From: Candidatus Yanofskybacteria bacterium
Lineage (GTDB): Bacteria; Patescibacteriota; Minisyncoccia; 2-02-FULL-40-12; IGHO2-12-FULL-4
Direction: 5' to 3'
DNA length: 61,688 nucleotides
Assembly (NCBI GenBank): GCA_016185525.1
Contig: JACPNK010000003.1
Coordinates: forward strand, 1 to 61,688
Shown here in pieces: positions 43,124 through 51,989 of the stretch; the first letter of the stretch is position 1; every line of letters starts with the position of its first letter. Under the pieces are notes generated by a model, which was given only the letters and a program-made list of their open reading frames with translations, was not told where the DNA came from and did not search any database. Made by a program: the position numbers and the translations under genes.

Positions 43124-45223
43124 CTATAAACTTTTGCCCAAGCTTTTCAAAAATATCCGCGCATCAGGCTCAAAAGACGGGTCAACTTCAACAGCTTTGC
43201 GGGCCATAATTACAGCTTCATCAATCCTGCCCAAATTAGCGTAAGCAGTTGCAAGTGAAGCGTAATTTTGAGGTTCTTTTGGATTTATTTTTATCATTTG
43301 CTCATATATCCAAGCAAGACGTTCGAAGTTGCTGGTCTTCAGATATGCGTTAATTAATCTCTGGAAATCAACTTCGCGCGGGGTGTAAAAATTTTTACTA
43401 TTTAAAGCTTTCTCCAAGTCCTCCGCTCCGCTCAAATCCCCGCTTTCAATTTTAGCCGCTCCAAGATAAGCGTGAGATACTCCAACATCGGGATTTAATT
43501 CAACCGCCCTTTGAAAATACTTAATAGCGTTAGGATAATCCTTTTTGTTGAGATATGCCTGGGCCAGTTCGTAGTATGTCCTGACAAAAGTCGGAGAAAG
43601 TTCAAGCGCTTTCATGGAGTACGCCAACGCTATATCATTGTATGACGACTTGGGATCGTCTTTGCCAAGCATTATATTCAACCGCGAACCGTAAAGATAA
43701 GGAAGATAGTCAATCTTATTTTCTGCAATATTTTTGTCAACTTCAGCTATAGTAAACTCATATGCTCTCCAGATATTTCCTTCTTTAACGCTGGGCCCCC
43801 CCGGTCCAACCAAATACTGGGCAAGCCTGTGCCGATATTCATACTTGCCCGGCACATCGTAAGTAAGGGCTTCTTTATATTTTTGAATGGAACCATTGAC
43901 ATCTCCCGCCCAACCTTTGACAATCGCTCTCGTGGTCGCATAGTTGGCTTTAGTCGGTAAAATATTCGTCTCATAGATCAGCCACGGAATAAATATAATC
44001 AAAAACGCCGCCAGTATATTGATAAACGCTTTGTTTTTAATAATAGCCCCTCCGGCTTTATTAGTATCGCCCGGTACAAGCCACGATATGAAACCCATGA
44101 TGGTAAAGAAAATAATAAAGTTAGCCGAAGTGTCAAAAATAAAAGAGTTATGAATTATATAAGCGATAACCAGCGGCATGAAACCAATTCCATAAATCGC
44201 AAGTTCAGAATTTTTTAACCATCTGCGCAGATAAGCAAATACCGCCGCAAAAATACCGAGATAAGACAATAAACCGACCAAACCCATAGTTGCAAGAATC
44301 TCAACAAACATGTTGTGCGCTCTGTCAAACAGCGTCTCTGACCCGGGACCGACAAAAAACTTTGGGTTGAAGTACTTTGAGAACGGAATATTAAAATTTT
44401 CCGGTCCCCATCCTAAAAATATTGTTTTGGGATTCTCAACCCAGCCCTTTAGTCCCGCTTCCCAAGCCCAAAAACGCGTCTCGGTTGTTTGTGATTTTAA
44501 GGAGAGGTCGGTTATTCTGCTCAAATACCTTGAATTTTCAATAAACTTAGCATTTCCAAAAAGAAGCGAGAAGACAATAAAAAGAACCGCCAACCCTACT
44601 AAGTAATTAAAGGCCAACCGTCCGAAACGGGATTTTTTATATCTGCCCCACAAAAACGCAAAAACCGTGATACCAACCGCATAAGCCAAGACAGACCCTC
44701 TGACCGCTGTCATTAAAGTGGCAACGGAAGTAATAGCAAAAGCAAACAAATAAAACAGCTTCTGATTTTTGGTATTTTGCGGCTGAAAAAATAATGTGAG
44801 AGATAAAAATACTGCAAGAAGCTGGGTGCCGGCAAATAAAGCCGCGTTACCGATGGTACCGAATATCCTTGCCCGCCCCCCGGAACCAAGAAAGAATTCA
44901 ATGTCCGTTTTTTGAAAAAAGCCATAAAACGCCGACAGTATCCCGGCAAAAATAGTCGTATTTAAAAGATTCCGCCAGTGTTCTTTTTTGGTTAATACGG
45001 AGGTTAGGATTATGTAAAACAAAAAATAGTGCCAGAAAGTCCAAAGACCGCCCATTCTTTCAAGCCCCAGAATTTCTACCAGAGACCTGAAAATGACGAC
45101 TTTCCCAAAATGAAAAGGGGAAATAAGATCCCTAAAAACAAGAAGGGGCACAAGCGCCGTAAGATATATCCCGAAACGAAGGAATTTTACCAAGTTGGAC
45201 TCTTTGTTAGCAAATTTTGACAT
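43124..45223 (-). CDS. O-antigen ligase/polymerase-family (Wzy_C-like) membrane protein fused to C-terminal TPR repeats
   Basis: Polytopic N-terminal half with RAHNMFVEILATMGLVGLL (the HN...E..G motif of WaaL/Wzy_C). The C-terminal ~250 aa contain TPR-like repeats (AQAYLNKKDYPNAIKYFQRAVELNP). Confidence 0.7.
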   Translation of the reverse strand: MSKFANKESNLVKFLRFGIYLTALVPLLVFRDLISPFHFGKVVIFRSLVEILGLERMGGLWTFWHYFLFYIILTSVLTKKEHWRNLLNTTIFAGILSAFYGFFQKTDIEFFLGSGGRARIFGTIGNAALFAGTQLLAVFLSLTLFFQPQNTKNQKLFYLFAFAITSVATLMTAVRGSVLAYAVGITVFAFLWGRYKKSRFGRLAFNYLVGLAVLFIVFSLLFGNAKFIENSRYLSRITDLSLKSQTTETRFWAWEAGLKGWVENPKTIFLGWGPENFNIPFSKYFNPKFFVGPGSETLFDRAHNMFVEILATMGLVGLLSYLGIFAAVFAYLRRWLKNSELAIYGIGFMPLVIAYIIHNSFIFDTSANFIIFFTIMGFISWLVPGDTNKAGGAIIKNKAFINILAAFLIIFIPWLIYETNILPTKANYATTRAIVKGWAGDVNGSIQKYKEALTYDVPGKYEYRHRLAQYLVGPGGPSVKEGNIWRAYEFTIAEVDKNIAENKIDYLPYLYGSRLNIMLGKDDPKSSYNDIALAYSMKALELSPTFVRTYYELAQAYLNKKDYPNAIKYFQRAVELNPDVGVSHAYLGAAKIESGDLSGAEDLEKALNSKNFYTPREVDFQRLINAYLKTSNFERLAWIYEQMIKINPKEPQNYASLATAYANLGRIDEAVIMARKAVEVDPSFEPDARIFLKSLGKSL

Positions 45224-45226
45224 TGG

Positions 45227-46660
45227 TTATATAGTACCAGAAAATGGAGAAACTTCCACTTTATAAATTAATCCGGCCGCATCGTCAGAGATGTAAAGAT
45301 TTCCGTCATTGTTAAACTTTAAGTCAACCGGCCGGCCATAAATTTGGTTACTGGTTACTGGTTGCTGGTTGCTGGTTGACAGCCATCCCGAAATAAAGTC
45401 AAACGGTTCTTGCGACAAAACTTTTCCGTTTTTGTCCAAATCGTACCTGACTACCTTGTAACCAGCCGGCTCGCTTCTATTCCATGAACCGTGGAGCGCC
45501 ACCAGCAAATCCCCTTCCCACTCTTTTGGCCAACTACGGCCAGGCGGAATAAAAGCAAGCCCAAGCGGCGCCGAATGAGCCGGAATTTCAATAACCGGCG
45601 GCTCTGTTTCCGCGCAATTTCGCGGAATGTCTATTCGCTCAAATTTGTCCGGGTTAAATTTTTTGTCCGTAACTTTGTCGCCGTAACAAAATGGCCAGCC
45701 ATACCGGCGAGCCCCAAATTTGTGTTCCGGACCGGCAACTTTGACAATGTTAATCTCGTCCGGCGGCAAATTATCCCCCAAATTATCTCTTCCCATTTCC
45801 GTTGCCCATATTTCTTTTGTGACCGGATGAAAAACAAAGAAAACAGAATTTCTTAAACCACCGGCAAATTCCGCCGTATAACTGCCCTCGGGGTCCGACT
45901 CCAGTATCGCCGCTCTTTTCCAGGTACTTTCTTCGCAAACATCGCAAGACGAACCGACACTGATATAAAGTTTGGTGTCAACTTGGGTATTGACAACTTT
46001 TAAACCCTTGATTATCTGGCTAGTGCGGAAGTTTGGTCCAAAGGCAATGGTTCGGGTAAAATGCCCGCCTGCCGGCGAGGCAGGCTGGCCTCCGTCTGGA
46101 AGTTTTGTAATTTGTTCGCCTGCAATGTCAACTAATTTTCCGGCATTAACATCATAGCGATAACGAACCACTTGCTGCGTTTCAGCAATGTATAAATAAA
46201 TAATTCCGGTTGAGGATACTTGTCCTGAGCCGTTCGGCACTGAGCTCACGGCCGAAGTGCTTGCCGAAGGATAAAAGTCTAGTCCGTGAGGCGACTTCAA
46301 ACCCTCAATCAAAACACGCTTGTTTTCAAAACCACCTCTTGCCCCGTGATCGCCTTGCGATTTTACGGGGTCTAAAATACTAACCTTACCTGCTTTTGTC
46401 TCGCTGACAAGCATCCTGCCTTTGGCGTCAAACAAAATAACTCGCGGATTGTCTAAGTCTTTAGCAACAACAGAAATTTCAAATCCCTCCGGGATATCTA
46501 AAAAAGACAACTCTCCGCCATTCTCCGAAACCGTCTTCGGCTCTTTAAGTTGCGGAATATTATAGCCAATTAGCTTTTTAACCAAACTAAAATCAGATAA
46601 AAACAGATAAACAACCGAGACGACTACAAACAAAACAACGCCAAAAATGGCTTTTTTCAT
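45227..46660 (-). CDS. Membrane-anchored PQQ-type glucose/sorbosone dehydrogenase-like beta-propeller
   Basis: N-terminal TM anchor. LKSPHGLDF, VGSSCDVCEE, MGRDNLGDNLPPDEIN and YGWPFCYG are typical of the soluble sugar dehydrogenase family. Confidence 0.65.
   Translation of the reverse strand: MKKAIFGVVLFVVVSVVYLFLSDFSLVKKLIGYNIPQLKEPKTVSENGGELSFLDIPEGFEISVVAKDLDNPRVILFDAKGRMLVSETKAGKVSILDPVKSQGDHGARGGFENKRVLIEGLKSPHGLDFYPSASTSAVSSVPNGSGQVSSTGIIYLYIAETQQVVRYRYDVNAGKLVDIAGEQITKLPDGGQPASPAGGHFTRTIAFGPNFRTSQIIKGLKVVNTQVDTKLYISVGSSCDVCEESTWKRAAILESDPEGSYTAEFAGGLRNSVFFVFHPVTKEIWATEMGRDNLGDNLPPDEINIVKVAGPEHKFGARRYGWPFCYGDKVTDKKFNPDKFERIDIPRNCAETEPPVIEIPAHSAPLGLAFIPPGRSWPKEWEGDLLVALHGSWNRSEPAGYKVVRYDLDKNGKVLSQEPFDFISGWLSTSNQQPVTSNQIYGRPVDLKFNNDGNLYISDDAAGLIYKVEVSPFSGTI
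45345..45379. repeat. Heptanucleotide tract (TGGTTAC)x2-(TGGTTGC)x2-TGGTTGA in CDS
   Basis: Five 7-nt units (35 nt) encode STSNQQPVTSNQ near the C-terminus of the dehydrogenase-like protein. Confidence 0.9.
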
Positions 46661-46690
46661 AAGTTTAATATAGCAAAAGTTTACTGAAAA

Positions 46691-48340
46691 TCAATTGGGA
46701 ATTAGCACCCTTAAGGCTTGGCGGGTTATCTCGCCGAAGAAACCGGAGGTTGGTTTAACTCCGTATTTTTCTTGAAGTCGTTTAACCGCATCACGAGTGA
46801 TATTGCCGAAATAGCCGGTCAGTAAATTGGCTGGATAACTAACTTGGTCCACCAGCAATGCTTGTAATCTTTTGACATCATCGCCTCTAAGACCAAGGTA
46901 TAGGTCTCTGGAAAAATCAAAACTAACAGGGGTAGAATTACAAATACCATTACCGCATCCAAAAGGACAAATATAAACACTTCGATATACTTTGCCGTCG
47001 TTGCCGCAATAGTACTCAAAAATGTAATCGGTCTGAGAACTATCAAGACAAGCATCATAATGAATAGAATTTGCTCCTAAACTAGGATCTGACCGATCAC
47101 TGGATATATTTGAGTTCTCTCCCACTATGATGCTTGGCGAACCATTAGCGGGCGGTCCCTTCGCGACCCCCCTTATAAAATAATCCAAACCCCCATCTGT
47201 ATCAGTGCAAGCTGATGCTGTTGGAGTTGGGATAGGAGTGGGAGTGGGTGTTGGAGTTGGAGTAGAACTAGAACTAATATAGGTTACAATATTAGATTCC
47301 GTTCCATTAGAATAAGAACATCCGTAAAAGTCAGCGTTACCACATCCATAAACTTTATAACGGTAAGTGAAGCCGGACTCGAGATTGAGTTTGTTGTCAT
47401 CATAACCAAAACCATCGACTTGGGACCAGATTTGATAGGCATTACCATTGACACTCCGATAAAGATGGTATTTTAGAGGGGTTCCTGACCAAGTAACCAT
47501 AATTTTATCAGCGACCAGAGAAGCAGTTACCGAGGTTGGCGGGAGTGGACTTGAAGTTGAAGTTGGTGTGGAAGAATATGTCGGTGTGGGGGCGGGTGTC
47601 GGTGTCGGTGTCGGTGTAGAACTTGCCGGTTGAATAGGAATTGCCGACACTGCCGGAATAGCCGGTTGAATAGAAGAAGTTGGTGTCGGAGTCGGAGAAA
47701 GCGATGTTGAAGCTGGACCGGGAGAAACAGTTGGAGAGACTAAGGGCAGAGAGTGTGAGGCTGGAACCGCCGGAATAGCGGGTATAGCCGGCATGACAGG
47801 AGTAGCCGGGGTAGCAGGAGTAATTGGCGCAACTCTATGGTATTGCGGCACTTCTTTGACCGACTTTAATTCTTGGCCTCTTTTGTACCACTTGAATTCC
47901 TTGTCGTTGATACAGAATACCTTTTTAAAGAAGCTGGGGTCGTCTTGGACAGCTTGGTCTCCGGAAGTGTTGACCCAGCGGAGTTCTCCGCTGTCTTCGT
48001 TGTCTGATTGAAAGCCGTAGACTTTAGGGTCGTTCTTTTCACAGTTGCGAAAGAGGCCGACGACAGGGAAGGCGTCTCGGACTTCGGGGGTTACTAATTT
48101 AATGTTGGCAAAACCTCCTAGGTGGGTGTAGAACTTAAATATTTCGGGATTTAAGAATAATCTCTTGTAGCCATGCTCGTTGATGATATAGACATCAGGG
48201 TCATCGGAGAAGATGGCGGAGATGAGGTCGCCTTCTTTAAGACCGTAGTCGGAGGGCTTGGAAGCGTAAGAGAACTTAGATAAACCCAAAATTAAAACTG
48301 CCAAAAATACAAAAATTAATAGTATAGAATATTTTTTCAC
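46691..48340 (-). CDS. Secreted wall-associated protein: conserved N-terminal domain, Pro/Thr linkers, C-terminal PG_binding_1 domain
   Basis: Signal anchor, the shared domain (DYGLKEGDLISAIFSDDPDVYIINEHGYKRLFLNPEIFKFY...), long PT/PA tracts and a C-terminal LRGDDVKRLQALL...YFGNITRDAVKRLQ peptidoglycan-binding motif. GTG start. Confidence 0.75.
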   Translation of the reverse strand: MKKYSILLIFVFLAVLILGLSKFSYASKPSDYGLKEGDLISAIFSDDPDVYIINEHGYKRLFLNPEIFKFYTHLGGFANIKLVTPEVRDAFPVVGLFRNCEKNDPKVYGFQSDNEDSGELRWVNTSGDQAVQDDPSFFKKVFCINDKEFKWYKRGQELKSVKEVPQYHRVAPITPATPATPVMPAIPAIPAVPASHSLPLVSPTVSPGPASTSLSPTPTPTSSIQPAIPAVSAIPIQPASSTPTPTPTPAPTPTYSSTPTSTSSPLPPTSVTASLVADKIMVTWSGTPLKYHLYRSVNGNAYQIWSQVDGFGYDDNKLNLESGFTYRYKVYGCGNADFYGCSYSNGTESNIVTYISSSSTPTPTPTPTPIPTPTASACTDTDGGLDYFIRGVAKGPPANGSPSIIVGENSNISSDRSDPSLGANSIHYDACLDSSQTDYIFEYYCGNDGKVYRSVYICPFGCGNGICNSTPVSFDFSRDLYLGLRGDDVKRLQALLVDQVSYPANLLTGYFGNITRDAVKRLQEKYGVKPTSGFFGEITRQALRVLIPN

Positions 48341-50254
48341 TAGTTGGAGATTAGCGCCCTTAACGCTCTGCGGGTTATCTCACCGAAGAAACCGGAAATT
48401 GGTTTAACTGCGTATTTCTCCTGGAGTTTTTTGACCGCTTCACGGGTGATATTGCCGAAATAGCCGGTAAGAAGATTGGCTGGATAACTGACTTCGTTTA
48501 CCAAGAGAGCTTGGAGACGGACGACGTCGTTACCCCGAGAACCGAGGTAAAGATCTCTGGAAAAGTTGTCAAAACTTACACTGGAAGTAGTGGGAGTGGG
48601 GGTTGGTGTTGGCTCAACAAGATAGAAAGTGTAATCACTTGAGTAAAACACTTCTCCGGATTGGGTTGTAGCCTTGGCCCTGACATGATAAGTGGTATTA
48701 AAATTTAAATACTGACCCAAATAAGTTTCACCAATATAATAACCGCCATCGGCTGGGTAATTCCCTTTTGCTGCTTCGGATGACCCCCAATTATTCCAAC
48801 CGGAGGTACCGCCATAACTCGTTGTAGTGCCGTACTCGTAAATCACTATTACCTGCTTATTTGAGTGATAGGCCACCCAAACTCGTTTTTGACTAGGCTG
48901 TAAGTCAATAGATAAGGTTATAGTTCCAACGACTGTCGGAGTTGGTGTCGGGGTCGGCGTTGGGGTGGGAGTAGCAGAACCCGCCGCAGTCACATTAAGA
49001 GAAAGCACAATGCTGTTGTAAGGCCATGAACCGCGCTCTTGCGCCCCGGTTGAAGTCACTCTGACAATCGTGTTGTTGTAAGTTTTAATTTGTTGTTGTA
49101 AGTTTTAATTTGACTGTTTGCTGTTGTTGGCGAACAGGTTACTGTAACTGTCTGGGGACTGGCTGGATTAATTAAAACTGAACTTGGCGAAACGGTGCAA
49201 AAAGAAAGAGGCGTGCTTATATCAAGCACTTCAACTTTAAGCAAATCATTGCCAGCCCAGTTGCCCGAAACAGCATTGCCATCATAAGTAGTGCTTATGC
49301 GCATGCTTGTTGAGGCATTGGAATTTTGAGGAATCGTCAAAGAAGAAGGCGTAACCGAGAGAAAATAACCGCCATAATATGCATATGTTGATGTTGATGT
49401 TGATGTGGGTGTCGGTGTTGGGGTCGGGTCGTCGGAGTGGGGGTCGGCGAAAAAGATAGAGATGAGGTTGGCGATGGTGTAACCGTAAATGACGGCGATG
49501 AAGTCGGTGACGGGGAAATAGTTACTAATGGAGTAGCGGTAGGAATCATCGGCGTCGGAGTCGGAGCAAAACATGACCCAACCGTATCTCCATGATCCAA
49601 ATGGGCTTTTAAGGCCGAGGCGTTGACACTGATAGTCTGAAACGCGCCAGCACTATTGGAAGGATGATGACAGATAACCGCTTGGCCGATATCTTTAAAC
49701 TCTGCTTTGGATTCCAGCTTTTTTTCAGTTGAAACTCTTTTCAGTTCTTTTATCCTTTCATATTTGGGTACTTCTTTGACGGTATTCAAGGCCGTTTGGC
49801 TTTTAGGATACCAGTTGAACTCTTTGCGGTTGATACAAAAAACTTTCTTGAAAAAATTGGGGTCGTCTTGGACAGCCTGGTCGCCTGAAGTATTGATCCA
49901 CTTCAGTTGGCCGGAATCTTCGCCTTCTACATCAACTCCGTATACTTTTTCGTCATTATCTTCGCAATTCCGGAAAAGACCCGAAGTGGGAAAGGAATCT
50001 ACCACTTCTTGAGTAACCAATTTAACACTGAAAAACCCTCCCAAATGAGTGTAGAACTTGAATATCTCAGGGTTGAGGAATAATCTCTTGTAGCCTTGTT
50101 CGTTGATGATATAGACATCGGGGTCATCGGAGAAGATGGCGGAGATGAGGTCGCCTTCTTTAAGACCATAGTCGGAGGGGGAGGTAGCTGAAACTGTGGA
50201 AAAATTAAAAAAGATTACCAAAAAAAGCCCAAGGAAAAACCAAGATTTATTCAT
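48340..50254 (-). pseudogene. Disrupted paralog of the wall-associated protein gene (three ORF fragments)
   Basis: ORFs 49337..50254, 49056..49574 and 48340..49059 form one gene. Deleting one copy of the 20-bp duplication (49071-49110) rejoins IKTYNN to TIVRVTSTGAQERGSW. A 1-nt shift near 49426-49428 rejoins the PT linker. Confidence 0.65.
49071..49110. repeat. Perfect 20-bp tandem duplication (TGTTGTTGTAAGTTTTAATT x2)
   Basis: 49071-49090 equals 49091-49110 exactly. The length is not a multiple of 3, so the duplication shifts the frame. Confidence 0.95.
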
Positions 50255-50320
50255 ATGCTTTTATTCTACTCTCTCTACAGACGAAAAAAAATGAGTTATC
50301 AACAAACAAGGTTAGGTTTT

Positions 50321-51919
50321 TTATTTGAAATCATACACAAAGAATGACTGCCCGATTTTGTCAACCGGCTCATACAACGCCAGCCAATTAAGGGCCGGGT
50401 CTTTTTTTTGCTCGCTCAATAACTGCATGCGAATCAGCAAAAAAGTGTTAACGGCAAACCGGCCTTTCGGTTCCCGCCACCAGCCGGATTCGTCGGCTTG
50501 CTTAAAGTTGCTCATACTCACCCGATAATATTCCGGACTTGAATGGCTCCATGAGTAAATAACTTTAGTTTCCGGGTTTTTTGCCTGATACTTGCCAAGC
50601 CGTTTTAAGTCCTGGCCCCATTCAATATTCGAGTCATCAAGATATTTGTAGCCGTTCTTGGAACCGCCGATAAATTCGTTGAAATAAGGCATGTAGTCGG
50701 GGTAGATGCTGAAAGCGGAATAAGCATACCAAACAGCCAAAACCAAAATTAAGATTGTTTTAAAATTAACAATTGAAAATTTATTGAAAATTGAAAATTG
50801 AAAATTGAAAATTTTTGATAAATAGCCGCCGGCGTAAAGAATTAAAAATGGAATTGCCGGAATAAGATATCTAATGCTTATATTTTGAGCCTTTGCGCTT
50901 GTCACAAAAGCGAAGAAAAGCATTGGTAAAAATACAAGCGCCTTGCTCCAACTGTCCATTTTTATTTTTTTGTAAAGTAAAATAGAAGCCGCAAACGCAA
51001 CTAATGCCGGAATAGGCGTTTTTATCAGAAACGCTTCCAAAAAGTAATACCACCAGCCGTCCGGCGAAAATTTGCCGTTCAAATAAAGATTAAAATCCGG
51101 CTTCCAGTTGGCGTAAACGCTTTTGAAACCTCTTAAATAAAACCCGGAGTCGGCCGGCATAAGATAGGAAAAATATATGACGGCAACAGCGGGAATAGCC
51201 ATGATCAGAGAAAGGTTTGCCAACCGGCGCATCTTCACATTAAGCTCACCGCCGCGTTGCCATGCATAAGTCAAAATAAATAAGGCAACCACGGGTAAAA
51301 AGATAGTGGCGGAGAATTTTGAACTTAAAGCCATGCCAAGAAACAATCCGGAGTAAGCCAAGTGTTTTTTTAGTCCGGCTGTAACAAACTTCCATAAATA
51401 ATAAAAAGTAATGAATGAAAAGGATGCCAGCGGAAGGTCCATCGTAACAAATTGAGCGTTGGTAATAATCACGGGCATAAATGCGTACAGGAACAGAGCC
51501 AAAAGGCCGGCTTTGCGGCTAAACATTTCTGACCCCCATTTGTAGATATAAAAACCAAGCAAAACCGACAAGAGCATCATCGGCAACCGTCCCCAAAGCA
51601 GTAACCGGTCGGCGTCGTTAGAAAATAAAAATTTACTCCCAAAGGTCCACTGTTTTTTAAAAGGACCGGCTAGGTTGACATCATCGGCGTCAAATTTCAA
51701 ATCCATGAAAAGCAGAGGAAACGAGGCCATTAATTTTACCAGCGGAGGATGTTCGGGATTCAATACTATCTCGCCTGTTTTCCAATAAGAATAACCGCCC
51801 GGCAAGTGAATTATTTCGTCGGTTGCCGGACTAAAATTTTGCGCGCTGAAAAACGGAATAAAAAACACTAACAACAACAGAACTGTGAGTATGCTTTTAT
51901 AATGCGAAACCGAAAACAT
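50321..51919 (-). CDS. GT39/PMT-like (ArnT-like) GT-C membrane glycosyltransferase
   Basis: First-loop TDEIIHLPGGYSY and NPEHPPLVKL motifs typical of PMT_2-type enzymes. About 12 TM helices. Carries the (TGAAAAT)n insertion. Confidence 0.75.
   Translation of the reverse strand: MFSVSHYKSILTVLLLLVFFIPFFSAQNFSPATDEIIHLPGGYSYWKTGEIVLNPEHPPLVKLMASFPLLFMDLKFDADDVNLAGPFKKQWTFGSKFLFSNDADRLLLWGRLPMMLLSVLLGFYIYKWGSEMFSRKAGLLALFLYAFMPVIITNAQFVTMDLPLASFSFITFYYLWKFVTAGLKKHLAYSGLFLGMALSSKFSATIFLPVVALFILTYAWQRGGELNVKMRRLANLSLIMAIPAVAVIYFSYLMPADSGFYLRGFKSVYANWKPDFNLYLNGKFSPDGWWYYFLEAFLIKTPIPALVAFAASILLYKKIKMDSWSKALVFLPMLFFAFVTSAKAQNISIRYLIPAIPFLILYAGGYLSKIFNFQFSIFNKFSIVNFKTILILVLAVWYAYSAFSIYPDYMPYFNEFIGGSKNGYKYLDDSNIEWGQDLKRLGKYQAKNPETKVIYSWSHSSPEYYRVSMSNFKQADESGWWREPKGRFAVNTFLLIRMQLLSEQKKDPALNWLALYEPVDKIGQSFFVYDFK
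50774..50812. repeat. (TGAAAAT) heptanucleotide tract, 1 + 4 copies, inside the GT39 CDS
   Basis: One unit at 50774-50780 and four perfect tandem units at 50785-50812. Encodes NFQFSIFNKFSIVNF. Confidence 0.9.
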
Positions 51920-51989
51920 GCTGATATCTTATATCAAACATAAAAGACCCGCAAATGGGTCTTTTGTGTTTGAATTTTTAAATTTTAAG

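Noticed and set aside
49337-49574. Programmed ribosomal frameshifting to join the overlapping ORFs 49337..50254 and 49056..49574.
   Set aside because: There is no slippery heptamer or downstream pseudoknot. The same gene also carries an independent 20-bp duplication frameshift, so mutation or sequencing error is more parsimonious.
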